From positions 11,889 through 75,888 of the forward strand of contig JBBAAE010000001.1 of assembly GCA_041658485.1 (NCBI GenBank): a stretch of DNA of 64,000 nucleotides, given 5' to 3'. The notes beneath the pieces are model-generated. The model saw only the letters and a program-made list of their open reading frames with translations, did not search any database and was not told where the DNA came from. Below are positions 57,348-64,000 of the stretch, in pieces; position 1 is the first letter of the stretch; each line of letters begins with the position of its first letter. This DNA comes from Minisyncoccota bacterium. GTDB taxonomy: Bacteria > Patescibacteriota > Minisyncoccia > Phycocordibacterales > Phycocordibacteraceae. Both the position numbers and the translations under genes were made by a program.

Positions 57348-58562
57348 TTAAATATGACTCGACAGCGAGTAGATAGGAGCAATCATCGAAATCGCAAAAA
57401 ATCCAACCATAGCGCCGATGATAACCATGAGAAATGGCTCAATAACCGTAGAGAGATCTTTTGTTTTTCGCTCAACTGATTCTTCATAAAATTCAGCGGT
57501 TTCCTTAAGGAGACTTGAGAGACGTCCTGTTTCTTCACCAACAGCAACAATTTCAGCAACTAACGGAGGGAAAAGAATAGGGTGTTTTGCAAGAGAGAGC
57601 GAAAGCGGTGAGCCCTCAGTAAGACTTTTCTCGGCTTCAGTAAGAACCTTTTTATACTGACTATTCTCGAGCACATCATGGGTAATTTTGACCGACAAAA
57701 CCATATCGACTCCCGACGAAAACAATGAAGCAAGTGTGCGAGTAGTCCTCGCAACATTCACTTCAACGATCAGTCCACCGATGATAGGAACTTTTAGCAT
57801 AAACCAGTCTAGAAAAATCTTACCCTTTGCTGATCGAATTGCTGAAAGTGATACAAATATAAAAACCACCAATAACACCAGCGCAAGCAGTGTATTGTGA
57901 ATTAAAAAATCACTTGCATTAATGATGAATTGCGTTGTTGGAGGAAGAGCTGCATGTAATTCTTTAAAAGTCCCTGACAGTGTCGGAACGACGTACAGCA
58001 ACATCAATATGCCAATACATACCATTGCACTCAAAACAATGCTCGGATAGATAAGTGCACTTTTGACTTTTTTCTGCAAATTAGAAGCTCGCTCCATTTG
58101 AATAGACGAGACTCGAAGCGACTCAGTCAACTTTCCTGACTCTTCTCCAGCACGCACCATAGAAACCAAGAGCGATGCAAAGACCTTAGGAAATGCAGAA
58201 AGAGCGGTTGAGAACGTCTCGCCCTTTTTTACGCTGGTAATTATTTCAATCAAAATTTCCTGCAAGTGAACATTTCGTGTTTGTCTTTTGGCTATCTCAA
58301 GTGAACGAGAAATAGTTAAGCCCGCATCAAGCATGGTGGCAAGATTACGCACCAGCAGTACCTTTTCATCAAGAGAAATAGTGTGAAAAAATTCTAAAAT
58401 GAAATCGAGGGAAAATAAGTTGTCCGCACGTACTTCTTTGAGCTCCAGCACTCGGTCACCTCGGTCACGTATATCGTGATGAACCGCAAAACGATCATTC
58501 CCATCAATGATGTCGGAATACGTTTCGCCAGTCTGAGTGATTGCAGTAACTTTAAATTTCAC
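57348..58562 (-). CDS. pilC: Type IV pilus assembly platform protein PilC (GspF family)
   Basis: 404 aa with two T2SSF-type repeats and three transmembrane helices. Immediately downstream of the GspE-family ATPase. Confidence 0.85.
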   Translation of the reverse strand: MKFKVTAITQTGETYSDIIDGNDRFAVHHDIRDRGDRVLELKEVRADNLFSLDFILEFFHTISLDEKVLLVRNLATMLDAGLTISRSLEIAKRQTRNVHLQEILIEIITSVKKGETFSTALSAFPKVFASLLVSMVRAGEESGKLTESLRVSSIQMERASNLQKKVKSALIYPSIVLSAMVCIGILMLLYVVPTLSGTFKELHAALPPTTQFIINASDFLIHNTLLALVLLVVFIFVSLSAIRSAKGKIFLDWFMLKVPIIGGLIVEVNVARTTRTLASLFSSGVDMVLSVKITHDVLENSQYKKVLTEAEKSLTEGSPLSLSLAKHPILFPPLVAEIVAVGEETGRLSSLLKETAEFYEESVERKTKDLSTVIEPFLMVIIGAMVGFFAISMIAPIYSLSSHI

Positions 58563-58626
58563 TTTTTCAGTATAACGTCAAAAAATAATTCCTAGCGTGC
58601 TAATTGGTACACCATGTGTACCTAAG

Positions 58627-60363
58627 TTATTCAGATATAACTCGGAGAACTTCTTCAATAGTTGTAACTCCGGTAACTGCCTTGAAAATACCATCCTCCA
58701 CCATCGTAAGCATGCCTTCACGTTTTGCCTGCAGTTCAATCTCATCTGCTGAAACTCTTTTAAGAATAAGCTCTCGTATTTCATGCGTTACTGGCAATAC
58801 TTCATGTATGCCAACACGCCCTGCATATCCGTCGGGAGAGACACCATTTTCTTTTGGCTTAAAAAACGGAATCTCCTTAATGGTTGCCTCTTTGGGAATA
58901 TGTTTTTCTTCTTTCAAAGTTGCGAGCACTCGGTCAATGTCTACTGCGGATTTTAATTGAGCAATTTCCTCTTCTGAAAGAATGTGCTCAATACGGTCCG
59001 ATGCCAAGCGACGAACTAGACGTTGCCCAACAATGACACGCAGCGTCGACACAAGAAGGAACGGTTCTGCTTCCATATCCATGAGCCGAGGGATAGTCGC
59101 TGAGGCTGAATTGGTATGCAGTGTTGAAAGAACCAAGTGGCCTGTGAGTGCTGCATTAATAGCAAGAGATGCTGTTTCGGTATCTCGAATTTCTCCAACC
59201 ATAATGATGTCAGGGTCTTGGCGCACTAATGAACGGAGCCCTGATGCGAAAGTAAATCCAATGTCGGCCCTCACTTGTGTCTGGTTTACACGAGGCATTT
59301 GATATTCGATAGGATCTTCAATCGTAGCAATGTTCACATCAGGCGTATTCAGAATATCCAAAATAGTATAGAGCGTCGTTGTCTTTCCGCTGCCCGTCGG
59401 CCCTGTCATTAAAATCATTCCTGTCGACTGCTTAGAGGCTGCATGTATTCGCTCTAATGCAGCGCCGTGGAAACCTAATGATTCGAGAGTAAAACCTCCG
59501 CCACCTTCTCTGAGTAATCGCATAACTGTTTTTTCTCCAAAATAGGTAGGCATTACGGACACACGCAAAGACACGCGCTCTTTATCTGCCTCCATTTTAA
59601 AGCGACCATCTTGTGGAAGACGCTTCTCATCAAGTTTCAAGTTTGCTAAAACCTTTATGCGCGCCGTTACTCCCGCTGCAATATTTTTTGGCAACTCCAT
59701 AGCATCATGCAAAATGCCATCAATGCGGTAACGAACCAAAAGTATCTCTTCTAAAGGCTCAATGTGAATGTCAGATGCACCCTGAACAATTGCGTGCCGA
59801 AGGAGCGTGTCAACTACTTTTATAACAGGAAGATCATCTGCAAGTTTTTTTAAGCCAGCAGTATCTAGAGAGGGACTATCTTCTATTGAAAGTGATGCGC
59901 CTTGAATAATATTGCCAAATTCTTCTTTGAGAGATTTTTGATATTGCAACAGAGCACTTTTAAGAGAGGCCGTGTCAGTGAGTCGAGGTAAAATCTTCAA
60001 ACCAATTTTCTTTTTTATAAAGTTAAGTGGCTCTAAGTCGCCCGTATAGAGCATGGCAACTTCCAATGCATCCGCAGTCTTTTTGTAAGCAATGACATTG
60101 TGCTTGCGGGCAATAGGCTCAGGGATGAGTGAAAGAACTTCAAAATCTATCTTCATGCCGGCAAGAGATATAAAAGGAATGCCGAGTATGTGTGCCTGCA
60201 TACGACGAAGCTCATCTTCACCTAAAACACCCCCTGAAACGAGGGCGTCACTCAATGGTTGCCCTGTATCTTTTGCATCCCGCTCTGCAGCTTCAAAATC
60301 TTTACGAGATACTAACCCCGAGTCAATGATGAACGTTTTCAATTGTGCGTCGGGGACAATCAT
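58627..60363 (-). CDS. pilB: Type IV pilus assembly ATPase PilB (GspE family)
   Basis: 578 aa. An N-terminal GspII-like domain, Walker A LMTGPTGSGKTTTLYT, and Asp and His boxes. Confidence 0.9.
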   Translation of the reverse strand: MIVPDAQLKTFIIDSGLVSRKDFEAAERDAKDTGQPLSDALVSGGVLGEDELRRMQAHILGIPFISLAGMKIDFEVLSLIPEPIARKHNVIAYKKTADALEVAMLYTGDLEPLNFIKKKIGLKILPRLTDTASLKSALLQYQKSLKEEFGNIIQGASLSIEDSPSLDTAGLKKLADDLPVIKVVDTLLRHAIVQGASDIHIEPLEEILLVRYRIDGILHDAMELPKNIAAGVTARIKVLANLKLDEKRLPQDGRFKMEADKERVSLRVSVMPTYFGEKTVMRLLREGGGGFTLESLGFHGAALERIHAASKQSTGMILMTGPTGSGKTTTLYTILDILNTPDVNIATIEDPIEYQMPRVNQTQVRADIGFTFASGLRSLVRQDPDIIMVGEIRDTETASLAINAALTGHLVLSTLHTNSASATIPRLMDMEAEPFLLVSTLRVIVGQRLVRRLASDRIEHILSEEEIAQLKSAVDIDRVLATLKEEKHIPKEATIKEIPFFKPKENGVSPDGYAGRVGIHEVLPVTHEIRELILKRVSADEIELQAKREGMLTMVEDGIFKAVTGVTTIEEVLRVISE

Positions 60364-60391
60364 TCTTTGGTAAGAATAACATTGCGAAGCA

Positions 60392-60426
60392 GGGTTTAGC
60401 GTTTAGGGTATAGGGTTTAGTGGAGG
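60392..60426. repeat. G-triplet family repeat (GGGTTTAGCGTTTAGGGTATAGGGTTTAGTGG)
   Basis: About 30 nt upstream of the pilB start, in a divergent spacer. Confidence 0.55.
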
Positions 60427-60602
60427 AAAATTAGAAATGAAAAAAGAAAATGAAATACTAAGAAGAAAAAAATTCAAGATGGTGCAAAAAATACCAAAAA
60501 GTGCCACTAAAAATGCCTAGAAAGAAGTACTTGACAGAATGATTTAAGTGTAGTACCCTACTCATATTAGAAATCCCAGAAATTTATTGCATAAAATTAC
60601 AT

Positions 60603-60980
60603 ATGGCTTCTCCTGAAAGACTAATTCCTGCTTTTGAATCTCACCATGCGAGTAACGGCGCCTCTGCTATAAGTCGTGGATCTGAAAACCTTGCTTTTCC
60701 TCCTGTCGAAGCGGCTAATATCTTTAGGAAACCAGGTGCAGAAGCGAAAGTGCAGAGTGTCTCACTATTGCCCGAGATTGCTGATGTCGTTACCTACCAT
60801 GCAATCACATACGGAAACGACGCATACAACGCAGGAGTAAACACAATAGAATACCTGAGATTAACTGGTTTATTTTGGTTAAAAACTTTGGGTGCTCTTT
60901 GGGCGTTCGGGCAAGCTAAGCGGTTTGGTCGTTTTGCAAAGCGTAAATTCGATGACTTCACTTCTCCATATAATAATTAG
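60603..60980 (+). CDS. Hypothetical protein (125 aa)
   Basis: An ORF with a plausible terminator downstream. No family recognised. Confidence 0.35.
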   Translation: MASPERLIPAFESHHASNGASAISRGSENLAFPPVEAANIFRKPGAEAKVQSVSLLPEIADVVTYHAITYGNDAYNAGVNTIEYLRLTGLFWLKTLGALWAFGQAKRFGRFAKRKFDDFTSPYNN

Positions 60981-61054
60981 GCGAGCAAGATTCGTACCGC
61001 TGAACTATTGACACACCTACCCCTCCACGCTATACTTTCGAAGTCAGTTTCCCT

Positions 61055-61090
61055 CCACGGGTCCGCGCAACGCGGGCCTGTTTTTTTACC
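61055..61090 (+). terminator. Rho-independent terminator
   Basis: GGGTCCGCGcaaCGCGGGCCtgttttttt. Confidence 0.5.
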
Positions 61091-61119
61091 AAAATGGAGA
61101 GAAACTCAATCTTTCTTAT

Positions 61120-61153
61120 CCCTAAACACTAGCCACTAAACGCTAACCCCTAA
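61120..61153. repeat. G-triplet family repeat unit (CCCTAAACACTAGCCACTAAACGCTAACCCCTAA)
   Basis: Ends 6 nt before the nusA start codon. Confidence 0.55.
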
Positions 61154-61159
61154 TTAAAT

Positions 61160-62368
61160 ATGTTCGACCTAAAAACAATAAATCTAGTCATCGATCAGCT
61201 CTCTGAAGAGCGTGGTATCCCCCGTGACAAAATGATAGAAGCCATTGAAGGTGCTGTTGCAACTGCCTATAAGCGTGAGTACGGTAAACGAGATCAAATC
61301 GTTCGTGCACATTTTGATATTTCAACTGGCGGTGTCGATTTCTATCAAGTAAAAATGGTTGTTGCGCCTGAAGAAGTTCGCATGGACGGCGACGAGTCTC
61401 CAGTAGAAGAAGGAGACGATCGTCCCCACTACAATGAAGAACGATTCCTTTTCCTTGAAGACGCAAAGAGAATCAAGAGAGATGTTGCTGTTGGTGACGA
61501 GCTCATATTCCCACTCGAAAAGAAGACCGATTTCGGACGCATTGCAGCGCAAACTGCAAAGCAGGTCATTATGCAGAAAATCCGTGAAGCAGAACGTGCT
61601 TCAGTTGTTGAAGAGTACGGCGGTAAAGAAGGGGACATCGTTCACGGTATCGTGCAACGCATTGAGCGTGGCAACTTGTATGTCGATTTGGGTCGTGCAA
61701 CAGGCATTATGCCGTACCACGAACAAATTCCAGGAGAGCGATATCGCGCTGGTGAGCGTGTGCGTGCATATCTCTTTTCAGTGGAGGAAGGAGTACGTGG
61801 CGTATTCTTGCGACTGTCCCGTGCACATCCAAAATTCTTGGAAAAACTTTTCGAACTTGAAGTTCCTGAAATCGCAAGCGGTGCCGTTGTTATAAAAGCA
61901 ATTGCCCGTGAAGCTGGTGGTCGCTCTAAAGTTGCTGTGCACGCAACTGATTCACGCATCGACCCAGTTGGCGCACTCGTCGGTCAGAGAGGTGTTCGTG
62001 TTTCAACTGTCATGAGTGAACTTGGCGGTGAGCGCATCGATATCATCGAGTGGTCAGAAGAAATAAAACAATTTATTGAAGACGCACTCTCCCCTGCCCA
62101 AATTCTTTCAATCGAACTTGATGAAGAAACACACCGTGCAGTTGCTGAAGTCTCTGAGGATCAGCAATCTCTTGCTATTGGTCGTGGCGGTCAAAACGTA
62201 CGCCTCGCCGCAAAACTAACTGGTTGGTCAATCGACATCCGCCCAGTAGGAGGCGCCGTAGTTGCTGAAACTGATGAAAACGTAGCAAAGGCGGAGGAAG
62301 AAACTGAAACCAACAAAGAAAAATCTGATACTGTAGAAGAAGCTGGCGACGCAGAAGTCAAAAACTAA
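61160..62368 (+). CDS. nusA: Transcription termination/antitermination factor NusA
   Basis: N-terminal domain, S1 and KH1/KH2 blocks (IVHGIVQRIERGNLYVDLG, VKAIAREAGGRSKVAV, LAIGRGGQNVRLAAKLTGWSIDI), acidic C-terminus. Confidence 0.9.
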   Translation: MFDLKTINLVIDQLSEERGIPRDKMIEAIEGAVATAYKREYGKRDQIVRAHFDISTGGVDFYQVKMVVAPEEVRMDGDESPVEEGDDRPHYNEERFLFLEDAKRIKRDVAVGDELIFPLEKKTDFGRIAAQTAKQVIMQKIREAERASVVEEYGGKEGDIVHGIVQRIERGNLYVDLGRATGIMPYHEQIPGERYRAGERVRAYLFSVEEGVRGVFLRLSRAHPKFLEKLFELEVPEIASGAVVIKAIAREAGGRSKVAVHATDSRIDPVGALVGQRGVRVSTVMSELGGERIDIIEWSEEIKQFIEDALSPAQILSIELDEETHRAVAEVSEDQQSLAIGRGGQNVRLAAKLTGWSIDIRPVGGAVVAETDENVAKAEEETETNKEKSDTVEEAGDAEVKN

Positions 62369-62398
62369 ACCCTTTACACTAACCCCTAAACGCTAACG
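62365..62398. repeat. G-triplet family repeat unit filling the nusA-ppa spacer
   Basis: CTAAACCCTTTACACTAACCCCTAAACGCTAACG. Confidence 0.55.
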
Positions 62399-62401
62399 AA
62401 T

Positions 62402-62926
62402 ATGAATCTTTGGCACGATATTGATCCAGGAACTGCAGACGAAATGAATGCGGTTATTGAAATCCCAAAAGGGTCGCATAACAAGTACGAGATCGACAAA
62501 GAGACGGGCATGCTTGCGCTCGATCGAGCTAACTATGGCTCAGCGCCATACCCATTCGAGTACGGTTTTATTCCAAAAACATACTGGGACGATGGCGACG
62601 CACTGGATGTCGTACTGCTCGCAACATTTCCAATTCCTTCTGGAATGCTTGTTCGTATTCGCCCTGTAGCATTTATGGAAATGATTGATGCGGGAGAGAA
62701 TGACTACAAAATTATTGGGGTGCCAATAAAAGACAAGCGCTGGGATGATGTACACGACCTCGCCGATATCAACAAACATACACTTAAAGAAATAAAAAAC
62801 TTCTTTGAGACCTACAAAGACCTCAAGGGAGAAACGGTGACTGTACCTAGTTTTAAAGGTGCGGCAGACGCAAAAACTGCCTTTGAGCGCGGAAGAAAAC
62901 TTTACGACGAAAAATTCGCAAAATAG
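62402..62926 (+). CDS. ppa: Inorganic pyrophosphatase (family I)
   Basis: VIEIPKGSHNKYEIDKETG...DGDALDVVLL...IIGVPIKDKRWD. Confidence 0.9.
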   Translation: MNLWHDIDPGTADEMNAVIEIPKGSHNKYEIDKETGMLALDRANYGSAPYPFEYGFIPKTYWDDGDALDVVLLATFPIPSGMLVRIRPVAFMEMIDAGENDYKIIGVPIKDKRWDDVHDLADINKHTLKEIKNFFETYKDLKGETVTVPSFKGAADAKTAFERGRKLYDEKFAK

Positions 62927-62930
62927 CCTC

Positions 62931-62975
62931 AAAATCCCCACTTTTCTCTAGAGAAAAGTGGGGATTTTGCTTTTG
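62931..62975 (+). terminator. Rho-independent terminator after ppa
   Basis: aaatCCCCACTTTTCTCtagaGAAAAGTGGGGattttgcttttg. Confidence 0.65.
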
Positions 62976-63070
62976 TACTTCCCAACATCCTTTGGGGTTA
63001 TATACTATATAAAAGACATTCAAATATAAATTTGGATGGTGTTGTTGTAAAAACTAATCATTGAATCACT

Positions 63071-63817
63071 ATGAAACGCACATGGACATATAATGCACTC
63101 ACTCTCATGGCAGTAGCGCTCGTCGCTAGCTCTGGTACAGTCGCGTTCGCAGAAACCGATGCAAGACCTCTACCAAAAATACCTTCAGCAAAAACATATC
63201 TTGATAATCTTGGAAACAATCCAAAAACAGAACCGCGAGCTGGTTTTATAGATCCAGTACGACCAACAGGTGGTCGCCCTGCAGTTCCCGCACCTGGCGT
63301 GCGCAGAGCAGAAGAAGCGCGTGACCGCATGGGCTCAACCACACGCGAAGGGGTGCGTCCTGGGATTGCCTCAACAACTCGACCAGGTCATATGAGTACT
63401 ACTACCCGCGAACGCAACGAACAAAGAATCAAAGAGGAGATGAAGCGCTTGGCAGAAAGACTTCTTGCTGTCATTCATCGATTAGAGGAGCTCATTGTAC
63501 GAATTGAATCGCGCGCAACAAAAATAGATCAGGCAGGCGGGAATACCGTCTCAGCTCGAGCTGACATCGCAATTGCAAAAACTGAAATCGCCTCCGCAAA
63601 ACAAGACCTTTCAACCATACAGGCAGCAGCAGTAAGCATACTGAACGCGTCTAACATGGCAGCTGTATCGGCAAGCCTCGCCCCTATCCGCACCACTACA
63701 GACAATGCGCAGATGCATATAAAGAAAGCGCGCGAAGCAATCGAAAGTGCTGTGAAAAAACTTGGTGTCGCAGCTCGTGCAATACACAAGAATGCAACCA
63801 CAACACCTAGAACATAA
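63071..63817 (+). CDS. Hypothetical secreted protein with a C-terminal coiled coil
   Basis: Signal peptide MKRTWTYNALTLMAVALVASSGTVAFA, a Pro/Arg/Thr-rich middle, and a heptad-like C-terminus. Confidence 0.5.
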   Translation: MKRTWTYNALTLMAVALVASSGTVAFAETDARPLPKIPSAKTYLDNLGNNPKTEPRAGFIDPVRPTGGRPAVPAPGVRRAEEARDRMGSTTREGVRPGIASTTRPGHMSTTTRERNEQRIKEEMKRLAERLLAVIHRLEELIVRIESRATKIDQAGGNTVSARADIAIAKTEIASAKQDLSTIQAAAVSILNASNMAAVSASLAPIRTTTDNAQMHIKKAREAIESAVKKLGVAARAIHKNATTTPRT

Positions 63818-63852
63818 TCACATCGAGTCTTTTTAAAAAAATAAAATAAAAA

Positions 63853-64000
63853 CATGGAAACAAACGAAAGTGTCCAAACTCCTCCTCTAGAGACCCCAAC
63901 ACCACCAAAGAAAAGTGCTATGGCTATCGGCCCTATCGCTGTCATTGTGATTATCGTGGGCATCCTTGCTGCAGGAGCGTGGTATTTCTTGAATCAGAAC
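63853..64000 (+). CDS. Partial (5') ORF of a membrane-anchored protein; runs off the window end
   Basis: METNESVQTPPLETPTPPKKSAMAIGPIAVIVIIVGILAAGAWYFLNQN... Confidence 0.3.

Overview
This 64-kb window appears to come from a small-genome bacterium of the CPR/Parcubacteria kind. That is an inference from three things: the ribosomal-protein cluster has no L30 gene (S5 runs directly into L15); it carries type IV pilus genes with a split ComEC; and it encodes giant Thr/Ser-rich secreted proteins while showing little biosynthesis. I found no rRNA or tRNA genes and no CRISPR array.

Layout:
- 0.3-7.5 kb, minus strand: a six-gene operon of complex-I / group-4-hydrogenase-like subunits. The NuoB-like and NuoCD-like catalytic subunits lack most of the Cys ligands for the Fe-S cluster and the NiFe site, so it resembles an energy-converting hydrogenase-related (Ehr-like) module. 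A His-rich protein is divergently transcribed next to it.
- 8.5-9.7 kb, plus strand: infC-rpmI-rplT.
- 9.9-16.5 kb: a beta-CASP ribonuclease, a ~150-nt structured element closed by a 22-bp helix, a GNAT acetyltransferase, ndk, a 961-aa TraD/VirD4-like P-loop ATPase and a membrane-anchored protein.
- 16.9-43.3 kb, minus strand: a str-S10-spc ribosomal supercluster (rpsL-rpsG-fusA-tuf-rpsJ-rplC...rplO-secY-gmk-adk-map). It is interrupted between rplB and rpsS by a ~7.5-kb accessory island. The island holds a hypothetical membrane protein, two giant paralogous secreted repeat proteins (825 and 1078 aa) and an IS200/RAYT-like Y1 transposase flanked by two copies of a perfect palindrome. A second hypothetical gene plus a 280-nt spacer sits between rpsN and rplE.
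- 43.7-64 kb: site-2 protease, two RNA/SAM methyltransferases, rpmB, ComEC split into two genes with a superoxide dismutase between them, rnhA, two small CxxCxGxG zinc-finger ORFs, pirin, recJ, HIT, pgk-tpiA, a type IV pilus locus (pilB, pilC, two prepilins, a large secreted protein), nusA and ppa.

A dispersed family of short G-triplet repeats (GGGTTTAGCGTTTAGGG-like, partly telomere-like TTTAGGG/TAGGGTA units) fills at least ten short intergenic spacers. CDS coordinates follow the supplied ORF track, with starts trimmed where an internal Met is clearly the true start. Coordinates I counted by hand may be off by 1-2 nt.
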